Assembly: GCA_040954595.2 (NCBI GenBank) | Contig: CM082585.2 | Span: 1,178,318 to 1,242,317 of the forward strand | Direction of reading: 5' to 3' | Source of the DNA: Balanoglossus misakiensis | Lineage: Eukaryota > Animalia > Hemichordata | DNA length: 64,000 nt | In this document: positions 15,001 through 27,147 of the stretch, piece by piece | Numbering within the stretch: the stretch's first letter is position 1 | Layout of the letters: each line of letters begins with the position of its first letter | Translations under genes and position numbers: made by a program | Notes under the pieces: model-generated | Databases searched by the model: none | Told to the model about the DNA's origin: nothing | Seen by the model: the letters and a program-made list of their open reading frames with translations, nothing else

Positions 15001-18000
15001 TGAATAAAAATCATGGGTGAAAATCATCAAAAAATGACACATTTTCGACTTTGCAAAATCTAAAAATTTCGTCGATTTTTGAAAAAAATCATGGTTGAAA
15101 ATCATCAAAAAATGACAAAATTTTCGACTTTGTAAAATCACAAAATTTCGTCGATTTTGAAAAAAATCATAGGTTCGTCGATTTCTAAAAAAAAACATGG
15201 GTGAAAATCATCAAAAAATGACAAATTTTCGACTTTGCAAAATCTCAAAATTTCGTCGATTTTTGAAAAAAATCATGGGTGAAAATCATCAAAAAATGAC
15301 AAATTTTCGACTTCGCAAAATCTCAAAATTTCGTCAATTTTTGAAAAAATCAGGGGTAAAAATCATCAAAAAATGACAAATTTTCGTCTTTGCTAAATCT
15401 CAAAATTTCGTCGGTTTTTGAAAAATAATATGGGTGAAAATCATCAAAAAATGACAAATTTTTGACTTTGCAAAATCTCAAAATTTCGTCCATTTTTGAA
15501 AAAAAATCATGGGTAAAAATCATCAAAAAATGACAAATTTTCGTCTTTGCAAAATCTCAAAATTTCGTCCATTTAAAAAAAAAAACATGGGTGAAAATCA
15601 TCAAAAAATGACAAATTTTTGACTTTTCAAAATCTCACAATTTCGTCGATTTTTGAAAAAAATCATGGGTGAAAATCATCAAAAAATGACAAATTATCGA
15701 CTTTGCAAAATCTCAAAATTTCGTCGATTTTGAAAAAAACCATTGGGGGAAAATCATCAAAAAATGACAAATTATCGACTTTGCAAAATCTCAAAATTTC
15801 GTCCATTTTAAAAAAAAAACATGGGGGAAAATCATCAAAAAATGACAAATTTTCGACTTTGCAAAATCTCAAAATTTCGTCGATTTTGAAAAAAAACATT
15901 GGGGGAAAATCATCAAAAAATGACAAATTATCGACTTTGCACAATCTCACAATTTCGTCGATTTTTGAAAAAAATCATGGGTGAAAATCATCAAAAAATT
16001 ACAAATTTTCGACTTTGCAAAATCTCAACATTTCGTCGATTTTTGAAAAAAATCATGGGTGAAAATCATCAAAAAATGACAAATTTTCGACTTTGCAAAA
16101 TCTCACAATTTCGTCGATTTTTGAAAAAAATCATGGGTGAAAATCATCAAAAAATTACAAATTTTCGACTTTGCAAAATCTCAACTTTTCGTCGATTTTT
16201 GAAAAAAATCATGGGTGAAAATCATCAAAAAATTACAAATTTTCGACTTTGCAAAATCTCAAAATTTCGTCGATTTTTGAAAAAAAATCATGGGTGAAAA
16301 TCATCAAAAAATTACAAATTTTCGACTTTGCAAAATCTCAAAATTTTGTCGATTTTTGAAAAAAAATCATGGGTTCGTTGATTTTTGAAAAAAAACATGG
16401 GTGAAAATCATCAAAAAATTACAAATTTTCGAATTTGCAAAATCACAAAATTTCGTCGATTTTTGAAAAAAAAAAACATGGGTGAAAATCATCAAAAAAT
16501 TACAAATTTTCGACTTTGCAAAATCTCAAAATTTCGTAAATTTTTGAAAAAAAGTCATGGGTGAAAATCATCAAAAAATTACAAATTTTCGTCTTTGCAA
16601 AATCTCAAAATTTCGTCGATTTTTGAAAAAAAAAATCATGGGTAAAAATCATCAAAAAATTACAAATTTTCGACTTTGCAAAATCTAAAAATTTTGTCGA
16701 TTTTTGAAAAAAATCATGGGTGAAAATCATCAAAAAATGACAAATTTTCGTCTTTGCAAAATCTCAAAATTTCGTCCATTTTTGAATAAAAATCATGGGT
16801 GAAAATCATCAAAAAATGACACATTTTCGACTTTGCAAAATCTAAAAATTTCGTCGATTTTTGAAAAAAATCATGGTTGAAAATCATCAAAAAATGACAA
16901 AATTTTCGACTTTGTAAAATCACAAAATTTCGTCGATTTTGAAAAAAATCATAGGTTCGTCGATTTCTAAAAAAAAACATTGGTGAAAATCATCAAAAAA
17001 TGACAAATTTTCGACTTTGCAAAATCTCAAAATTTCGTCGATTTTTGAAAAAAATCATGGGTGAAAATCATCAAAAAATGACAAATTTTCGACTTCGCAA
17101 AATCTCAAAATTTCGTCAATTTTTGAAAAAATCAGGGGTAAAAATCATCAAAAAATGACAAATTTTCGTCTTTGCTAAATCTCAAAATTTCGTCGGTTTT
17201 TGAAAAATAATATGGGTGAAAATCATCAAAAAATGACAAATTTTCGACTTTGCAAAATCTCAACATTTCGTCGATTTTTGAAAAAAATCATGGGTGAAAA
17301 TCATCAAAAAATGACAAATTTTCGACTTTGCAAAATCTCAAAATTTCGTCCATTTTAAAAAAAAAACATGGGGGAAAATCATCAAAAAATGAGAAAATTT
17401 TCGACTTTGCAAAATCTCAAAATTTCGTCGATTTTGAAAAAAATCATAGGTTCGTCGATTTAAAAAAAAAAACATGGGTGAAAATCATCAAAAAATGACA
17501 AATTTTCGACTTTGCAAAATCTCACAATTTCGTCGATTTTTGAAAAAAATCATGGGAGAAAATCATCAAAAAATGACAAATTTTCGACTTTGCAAAATCT
17601 CAACATTTCGTCGATTTTTGAAAAAAATCATGGGTGAAAATCATCAAAAAATGACAAATTTTCGACTTTGCAAAATCTCAAAATTTCGTCCATTTTAAAA
17701 AAAAAACATGGGGGAAAATCATCAAAAAATGAGAAAATTTTCGACTTTGCAAAATCTCAAAATTTCGTCGATTTTGAAAAAAATCATAGGTTCGTCGATT
17801 TAAAAAAAAAAACATGGGTGAAAATCATCAAAAAATGACAAATTTTCGACTTTGCAAAATCTCACAATTTCGTCGATTTTTGAAAAAAATCATGGGAGAA
17901 AATCATCAAAAAATGACAAATTTTCGACTGCAAAATCTCAACATTTCGTCGATTTTTGAAAAAAATCATGGGTGAAAATCATCAAAAAATGACAAATTTT

Positions 18001-21000
18001 CGACTTTGCAAAATCTCACAATTTCGTCGATTTTTGAAAAAAAATCATGGGTGAAAATCATCAAAAAATGACAAATTTTCGACTTTGCAAAATCTCAAAA
18101 TTTCGTCCATTTTAAAAAAAAAACATGGGGGAAAATCATCAAAAAATGAGAAAATTTTCGACTTTGCAAAATCTCAAAATTTCGTCGATTTTGAAAAAAA
18201 TCATAGGTTCGTCGATTTAAAAAAAAAAACATGGGTGAAAATCATCAAAAAATGACAAATTTTCGACTTTGCAAAATCTCACAATTTCGTCGATTTTTGA
18301 AAAAAATCATGGGAGAAAATCATCAAAAAATGACAAATTTTCGACTGCAAAATCTCAACATTTCGTCGATTTTTGAAAAAAATCATGGGTGAAAATCATC
18401 AAAAAATGACAAATTTTCGACTTTGCAAAATCTCACAATTTCGTCGATTTTTGAAAAAAAATCATGGGTGAAAATCATCAAAAAATGACAAATTTTCGAC
18501 TTTGCAAAATCTCAAAATTTCGTCCATTTTTGAATAAAAATCATGGGTGAAAATCATCAAAAAATGACACATTTTCGACTTTGCAAAATCTAAAAATTTC
18601 GTCGATTTTTGAACAAAATCATGGGTGATAATCATCAAAAAATGACAAATTATCGACTTTGCAAAATCTCAAAATTTCGTCGATTTTGAAAAAAACCATT
18701 GGGGGAAAATCATCAAAAAATGACAAATTATCGACTTTGCAAAATCTCAAAATTTCGTCCATTTTAAAAAAAAAACATGGGGGAAAATCATCAAAAAATG
18801 ACAAATTTTCGACTTTGCAAAATCTCAACATTTCATCGATTTTTGAAAAAAATCATGGGTGAAAATCATCAAAAAATGACAAATTTTCGTCTATGCAAAA
18901 TCTCAAAATTTCGTCGGTTTTTGAAAAATAATATGGTTGAAAATCATCAAAAAATGACAAAATTATCGACTTTGCAAAATCTCACAATTTCGTCGATTTT
19001 TGAAAAAAAATCATGGGTGAAAATCATCAAAAAATTACAAATTTTCGACTTTGCAAAATCTCAACATTTCGTCGATTTTTGAAAAAAATCATGGGTGAAA
19101 ATCATCAAAAAATGACAAATTTTCGACTTTGCAAAATCTCAAAATTTCGTCCATTTTAAAAAAAAAACATGGGGGAAAATCATCAAAAAATGACAAATTT
19201 TCGACTTTGCAAAATCTCAAAATTTCGTCGATTTTGAAAAAAACCATTGGGGGAAAATCATCAAAAAATGACAAATTATCGACTTTGCAAAATCTCAAAA
19301 TTTCGTCCATTTTAAAAAAAAAACATGGGGGAAAATCATCAAAAAATGACAAATTTTCGACTTTGCAAAATCTCAACATTTCATCGATTTTTGAAAAAAA
19401 TCATGGGTGAAAATCATCAAAAAATGACAAATTTTCGTCTATGCAAAATCTCAAAATTTCGTCGGTTTTTGAAAAATAATATGGTTGAAAATCATCAAAA
19501 AATGACAAAATTATCGACTTTGCAAAATCTCACAATTTCGTCGATTTTTGAAAAAAAATCATGGGTGAAAATCATCAAAAAATTACAAATTTTCGACTTT
19601 GCAAAATCTCAACATTTCGTCGATTTTTGAAAAAAATCATGGGTGAAAATCATCAAAAAATGACAAATTTTCGACTTTGCAAAATCTCAAAATTTCGTCC
19701 ATTTTAAAAAAAAAACATGGGGGAAAATCATCAAAAAATGAGAAAATTTTCGACTTTGCAAAATCTCAAAATTTCGTCGATTTTGAAAAAAAACATTGGG
19801 GGAAAATCATCAAAAAATGACAAATTATCGACTTTGCAAAATCTCACAATTTCGTCGATTTTTGAAAAAAATCATGGGTGAAAATCATCAAAAAATTACA
19901 AATTTTCGACTTTGCAAAATCTCAACATTTCGTCGATTTTTGAAAAAAATCATGGGTGAAAATCATCAAAAAATTACAAATTTTCGACTTTGCAAAATCT
20001 CAACATTTCGTCGATTTTTGAAAAAAATCATGGGTGAAAATCATCAAAAAATGACAAATTTTCGACTTTGCAAAATCTCAAAATTTCGTCAATTTTTGAA
20101 AAAATCATGGGTGAAAATCATCAAAAAATGACAAATTTTCGTCTATGCAAAATCTCAAAATTTCGTCGGTTTTTGAAAAATAATATGGTTGAAAATCATC
20201 AAAAAATGACAAAATTATCGACTTTGCAAAATCTCAACATTTCGTCGATTTTTGAAAAAAATCATGGGTGAAAATCATCAAAAAATGACAAATTTTCGAC
20301 TTTGCAAAATCTCAAAATTTCGTCGATTTTGAAAAAAATCATAGGTTCGTCGATTTAAAAAAAAAAACATGGGTGAAAATCATCAAAAAATGACAAATTT
20401 TCGACTTTGCAAAATCTCACAATTTCGTCGATTTTTGAAAAAAATCATGGGAGAAAATCATCAAAAAATGACAAATTTTCGACTTTGCAAAATCTCAACA
20501 TTTCGTCGATTTTTGAAAAAAATCATGGGTGAAAATCATCAAAAAATGACAAATTTTCGACTTTGCAAAATCTCAACATTTCGTCGATTTTTGAAAAAAA
20601 TCATGGGTGAAAATCATCAAAAAATGACAAATTTTCGACTTTGCAAAATCTCAAAATTTCGTCGATTTTGAAAAAAATCATAGGTTCGTCGTTTTTTTTA
20701 AAAAAAAACATGGGTGAAAATCATCAAAAAATGACAAATTTTTGACTTTGCAAAATCTCACAATTTCGTCGATTTTTGAAAAAAATCATGGGTGAAAATC
20801 ATCAAAAAATGACAAATTTTCGACTTTGCAAAATCTCAAAATTTCGTCCATTTTAAAAAAAAAACATGGGGGAAAATCATCAAAAAATGACAAATTTTCG
20901 ACTTTGCAAAATCTCAAAATTTCGTCGATTTTGAAAAAAACCATTGGGGGAAAATCATCAAAAAATGACAAATTTTCGACTTTGCAAAATCTCAAAATTT

Positions 21001-23973
21001 CGTCAATTTTTGAAAAAATCATGGGTGAAAATCATCAAAAAATTACAAATTTTCGTCTATGCAAAATCTCAAAATTTCGTCGGTTTTTGAAAAATAATAT
21101 GGTTGAAAATCATCAAAAAATGACAAAATTATCGACTTTGCAAAATCTCAACATTTCGTCGATTTTTGAAAAAAATCATGGGTGAAAATCATCAAAAAAT
21201 GACAAATTTTCGACTTTGCAAAATCTCAAAATTTCGTCGATTTTGAAAAAAATCATAGGTTCGTCGATTTAAAAAAAAAAAACATGGGTGAAAATCATCA
21301 AAAAATGACAAATTTTCGACTTTGCAAAATCTCACAATTTCGTCGATTTTTGAAAAAAATCATGGGAGAAAATCATCAAAAAATGACAAATTTTCGACTT
21401 TGCAAAATCTCAACATTTCGTCGATTTTTGAAAAAAATCATGGGTGAAAATCATCAAAAAATGACAAATTTTCGACTTTGCAAAATCTCAACATTTCGTC
21501 GATTTTTGAAAAAAATCATGGGTGAAAATCATCAAAAAATGACAAATTTTCGACTTTGCAAAATCTCAAAATTTCGTCGATTTTGAAAAAAATCATAGGT
21601 TCGTCGTTTTTTTAAAAAAAAAACATGGGTGAAAATCATCAAAAAATGACAAATTTTTGACTTTGCAAAATCTCACAATTTCGTCGATTTTTGAAAAAAA
21701 TCATGGGTGAAAATCATCAAAAAATGACAAATTTTCGACTTTGCAAAATCTCAAAATTTCGTCGATTTTGAAAAAAACCATTGGGGGAAAATCATCAAAA
21801 AATGACAAATTTTCGACTTTGCAAAATCTCAAAATTTCGTCGATTTTGAAAAAAAACCATTGGGGGAAAATCATCAAAAAATTACAAATTTTCGACTTTG
21901 CAAAATCTCAACATTTCGTCGATTTTGAAAAAAAACCATTGGGGGAAAATCATCAAAAAATTACAAATTTTCGACTTTGCAAAATCTCAACATTTCGTCG
22001 ATTTTTGAAAAAAATCATGGGTGAAAATAATCAAAAAATGACAAATTTTCGACTTTGCAAAATCTCAAAATTTCGTCGATTTTGAAAAAAATCATAGGTT
22101 CGTCGATTTTAAAAAAAAAACATGGGTGAAAATCATCAAAAAATGACAAATTTTCGACTTTGCAAAATCTCACAATTTTGTCGATTTTTGAAAAAAATCA
22201 TGGGAGAAAATCATCAAAAAATGACAAATTTTCGACTTTGCAAAATCTCAAAATTTCGTCGATTTTGAAAAAAATCATAGGTTCGTCGATTTAAAAAAAA
22301 AAAACATGGGTGAAAATCATCAAAAAATGACAAATTTTCGACTTTGCAAAATCTCACAATTTCGTCGATTTTTGAAAAAAATCATGGGAGAAAATCATCA
22401 AAAAATGACAAATTTTCGACTTTGCAAAATCTCAACATTTCGTCGATTTTTGAAAAAAATCATGGGTGAAAATAATCAAAAAATGACAAATTTTCGACTT
22501 TGCAAAATCTCAACATTTCGTCGATTTTTGAAAAAAATCATGGGTGAAAATCATCAAAAAATGACAAATTTTCGACTTTGCAAAATCTCAAAATTTCGTC
22601 GATTTTGAAAAAAATCATAGGTTCGTCGTTTTTTTTAAAAAAAAACATGGGTGAAAATCATCAAAAAATGACAAATTTTTGACTTTGCAAAATCTCACAA
22701 TTTCGTCGATTTTTGAAAAAAATCATGGGTGAAAATCATCAAAAAATGACAAATTTTCGACTTTGCAAAATCTCAAAATTTCGTCCATTTTAAAAAAAAA
22801 ACATGGGGGAAAATCATCAAAAAATGACAAATTTTCGACTTTGCAAAATCTCAAAATTTCGTCGATTTTGAAAAAAACCATTGGGGGAAAATCATCAAAA
22901 AATGACAAATTTTCGACTTTGCAAAATCTCACAATTTCGTCGATTTTTGAAAAAAATCATGGGTGAAAATCATCAAAAAATGACAAATTTTCGACTTTGC
23001 AAAATCTCAACATTTCGTCGATTTTTGAAAAAAATCATGGGTGAAAATCATCAAAAAATGACAAATTTTCGACTTTGCAAAATCTCAAAATTTCGTCGAT
23101 TTTGAAAAAAATAATAGGTTCGTCGATTTTAAAAAAAAAACATGGGTGAAAATCATCAAAAAATGACAAATTTTCGACTTTGCAAAATCTCACAATTTCG
23201 TCGATTTTTGAAAAAAATCATGGGAGAAAATCATCAAAAAATGACAAATTTTCGACTTTGCAAAATCTCAACATTTCGTCGATTTTTGAAAAAAATCATG
23301 GGTGAAAATCATCAAAAAATGACAAATTTTCGACTGTGCAAAATCTCAAAATTTCGTCGATTTTTGAAAAAAAATCATGGTTGAAAATCATCAAAAAATG
23401 ACAAAATTTTCGACTTTGCAAAATCACACAATTTCGTCGATTTTGAAAAAAATCATAGGTTCGTCGATTTTTTAAAAAAAAACATGGGTGAAAATCATCA
23501 AAAAATGACAAATTTTCGACTTTGCAAAATCTTAAAATTTCGTCGATTTTTTAAAAAAAATCATGGGTGAAAATCATCAAAAAATGACACATTTTCGACT
23601 TTGCAAAATCTTAAAATTTCGTCGATTTTTGAGAAAAATCATGGGTGAAAATCATCAAAAAATGACAAATTTTCGACTTTGCAAAATCTCAAAATTTCGT
23701 CGATTTTTGAAAAAAATCATGGGTGAAAATCATCAAAAAATGACAAATTTTCGACTTTGCAAAATCTCAAAATTTTGTCGATTTTTGAAAAAAATCATAG
23801 GTGAAAATCATCAAAAAATGACAAATTTTCGACTTCGCAAAATCTCAAAATTTCGTCAATTTTTGAAAAAATCAGGGGTAAAAATCATCAAAAAATGACA
23901 AATTTTCGTCTTTGCTAAATCTCAAAATTTCGTCGGTTTTTGAAAAATAATATGGGTGAAAATCATCAAAAAA
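1..23973. repeat. 78-bp AT-rich tandem satellite array, block 1 (continues off the left edge)
   Basis: Uninterrupted copies of ATCATGGGTGAAAATCATCAAAAAATGACAAATTTTCGACTTTGCAAAATCTCAAAATTTCGTCGATTTTTGAAAAAA. The 26-codon period in the ORF track gives 78 bp; A-run lengths vary. About 29-bp truncated units are interspersed. Confidence 0.98.
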
Positions 23974-24040
23974 TAGCGTCAAGGACACTGTGGTCCCATT
24001 TGAGGACATAGCTCATAGCAACATAGCAATAAGCATATCT

Positions 24041-24960
24041 ACTCTGGATGCCAAGATATGGAAAAGTAGGTCAAAGGTCACCTGAGGTCATGCAAAATTT
24101 GGGCAAGACATTTTGACCCTATACTGGTCCATGTTCAACAAAACAAAACCTATAGCCCTATTGGTTAGCCTGGAATTAGGTATGCACATAATTAATGAGA
24201 TATGCAGGTGTCACAGGTGACCTTCAATTTTGGCTTTTCAATTTTAGTCCCAACCCTCCAAACGCGAAGTCTGTACCTGCTCTGGATGCCAAGATATGGA
24301 AAAGTAGGTCAAAGGTCACCTGAGATCATGCAAAATTTGGGCAAGAAATTTTGACCCTATACTGGTCCATGTTCAACAAAAAGCAAACCTATAGCCCTAT
24401 TGGTTAGCCTGGAATTAGGTATGCACAAAATTAATGAGATATGCAGGTGTCACAGGTGACCCCCAATTTTGGCTTTTCAATTTTAGTCCCAACCCTCCAA
24501 ACGCCAAGTCTGTACCTGCTCTGGATGCCAAGATATGGAAAAGTAGGTCAAAGGTCACCTGAGGTCATGCAAAATTTGGGTAAGAAATTTTGACCCTATA
24601 CTGGTCCATGCTCAACAAAAACCAAAAGTATAGCCCTATTGGTTAGCCTGGAATTAGGTATGCACATAATTAATGAGATATGCAGGTGTCACAGGTGACC
24701 CATATTTTGGCTTTTCAATTTTAGTCCCAACCCTCCAAACGCCAAGTCTGTACCTGCTCTGGATGCCGAGATATAGCAAAGTAGGTCAAAGGTCACCTGA
24801 GGTCACCCAAAATTTGGGCAAGAAATTTTGACCCTATACTGGTCCATGTCCCACAAGAACGAAACCTCTAGCCCTATTAGTTAGCCCGGAATTAGGTATG
24901 CACATAATTAATGTGTTAAGCAGGTGTTACAGGTAAGCCCAAAAATTTGCCTTTTATTTT
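24041..24960. repeat. Central tandem repeat of HINE copy 1, ~238-239-bp unit, about 4 units (last one partial and diverged)
   Basis: GTAGGTCAAAGGTCACCTGAG recurs at 24066, 24304, 24543 and 24781. Confidence 0.95.
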
Positions 24961-25370
24961 GGCCCCATTGTGCTCACGGACCAATAGACAGTCACTGTAC
25001 AGGACTATTGCACAGACCAGAATTCCACAATAAGACGTGGACATAGCTTAACCATAGAGGTATAAGTAAAGTTATAAATTTAATAAAAAGACTAAAAAAT
25101 TCATAAAAAATAAAACATCCATGATATTAACTTAACACTTACAGGTCGATGTGAGGTTGACATAAGGTACATGCATACCAATTTTCAAAGCAATCTGACC
25201 AGTAGTTGTTGACTTTCAGAGTTTTGATAAATTTCACATTTTACTGGCTAATTTGCATATTTTTGGGCCTGGCAACTTCGTTTAGACAAACTCCCATCTA
25301 CAGCCCAGCCTGCACCTACACACCAAATATTGAGGTGTTACGCGCAGCGGTTTTCAAGTTTTTGATGTGG

Positions 25371-25417
25371 ACGGACATACAGACATACATACATCCATAC
25401 ATACATCCATACAGACG
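25371..25417. repeat. CATA/CATC/CAGA microsatellite of HINE copy 1
   Basis: acggacatacagacatacatacatccatacatacatccatacagacg, in the position equivalent to the GTCY microsatellite of DINE-1-type elements. Confidence 0.9.
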
Positions 25418-25431
25418 CAACCCATCCCATA

Positions 25432-25468
25432 AGGTCCCATGGTATATAGGCCTATACCAATGGGACCT
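25432..25468 (-). other. 5'-terminal hairpin / sub-terminal inverted repeat of HINE copy 1
   Basis: AGGTCCCAT-GGTATA-TAGGCC-TATACC-A-ATGGGACCT folds back on itself. AATGGGACC is also complementary to GGTCCCATT near the other end (23992-24000). Confidence 0.9.
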
Positions 25469-27147
25469 AAAAATGACAAATTATCGACTTTGCAAAATCT
25501 CACAATTTCGTCGATTTTTGAAAAAAATCATGGGTGAAAATCATCAAAAAATGACAAATTTTCGAATTTGCAAAATCTCAACATTTCGTCGATTTTTGAA
25601 AAAAATCATGGGTGAAAATCATCAAAAAATGACAAATTTTCGACTTTGCAAAATCTCAAAATTTCGTCGATTTTGAAAAAAATCATAGGTTCGTCGATTT
25701 AAAAAAAAAACGGGTGAAAATCATCAAAAAATGACAAATTTTCGACTTTGCAAAATCTCACAATTTCGTCGATTTTTGAAAAAAATCATGGGAGAAAATC
25801 ATCAAAAAATGACAAATTTTCGACTTTGCAAAATCTCAACATTTCGTCGATTTTTGAAAAAAATCATGGGTGAAAATCATCAAAAAATGACAAATTTTCG
25901 ACTGTGCAAAATCTCAAAATTTCGTCGATTTTTGAAAAAAAATCATGGTTGAAAATCATCAAAAAATGACAAAATTTTCGACTTTGCAAAATCACACAAT
26001 TTCGTCGATTTTGAAAAAAATCATAGGTTCGTCGATTTTTAAAAAAAAACATGGGTGAAAATCATCAAAAAATGACAAATTTTCGACTTTGCAAAATCTT
26101 AAAATTTCGTCGATTTTTTAAAAAAAATCATGGGTGAAAATCATCAAAAAATGACACATTTTCGACTTTGCAAAATCTTAAAATTTCGTCGATTTTTGAG
26201 AAAAATCATGGGTGAAAATCATCAAAAAATGACAAATTTTCGACTTTGCAAAATCTCAAAATTTCGTCGATTTTTGAAAAAAATCATGGGTGAAAATCAT
26301 CAAAAAATGACAAATTTTCGACTTTGCAAAATCTCAAAATTTTGTCGATTTTTGAAAAAAATCATAAGTGAAAATCATCAAAAAATGACAAATTTTCGAC
26401 TTCGCAAAATCTCAAAATTTCGTCGATTTTGAAAAAAATCATAGGTTCGTCGATTTAAAAAAAAAAACATGGGTGAAAATCATCAAAAAATGACAAATTT
26501 TCGACTTTGCAAAATCTCACAATTTCGTCGATTTTTGAAAAAAAACATGGGTGAAAATCATCAAAAAATGACAAATTTTCGACTTTGCAAAATCTCAAAA
26601 TTTCGTCGATTTTTGAAAAAAAATCATGGATGAAAATCATCAAAAAATGACAAATTTTCGTCTTTGCAAAATCTCAAAATTTCGTCCATTTTAAAAAAAA
26701 AACATGGGGCAAAATCATCAAAAAATTACAAATTTTCGACTTTGCAAAATCTCAAAATTTCGTCGATTTTTGAAAAAAAATCATGGGTGAAAATCATCAA
26801 AAAAAGACAAATTTTCGTCTTTGCAAAATCTCAAAATTTCGTCCATTTTTGAATAAAAATCATGGGTAAAAATCATCAAAAATGACAAATTTTCGTCTTT
26901 GCAAAATCTCAAATTTTCGTCGATTTTTGAAAAAAAATCATGGTTGAAAATCATCAAAAAATGACAAAATTTTCGACTTTGTAAAATCACAAAATTTCGT
27001 CGATTTTGAAAAAAATCATAGGTTCGTCGATTTTTTAAAAAAAAAACATGGGTGAAAATCATCAAAAAATGACAAATTTTCGACTTTGCAAAATCTCAAA
27101 ATTTCGTCGATTTTTGAAAAAAAATCATGGGTGAAAATCATCAAAAA
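25469..27147. repeat. 78-bp satellite, block 2
   Basis: Same monomer, resuming in register (AAAAATGACAAA) immediately after the insertion. Confidence 0.98.

Larger units (their letters stand above)
23974..25468 (-). mobile_element. Non-autonomous Helentron / DINE-1-like element (HINE), copy 1, 1495 bp
   Basis: Read on the minus strand: 5' hairpin with sub-terminal IR AGGTCCCATT, a GTAT/GGAT/GTCT microsatellite, central 238-239-bp tandem repeats, 3' sub-terminal IR AATGGGACC, short stem-loop AGTGTC-CTT-GACGCT and T-run flanks. The 3' 28 bp are identical to the end of the RepHel element at 50165. Confidence 0.9.

Noticed and set aside
23040-27147. HINE2 as a simple segmental duplicate of HINE1
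   Set aside because: A satellite block is duplicated at about +2567, but it ends near 26420, before HINE2. The immediate flanks differ and the HINEs are more diverged than that block. Not fully excluded for an older event.
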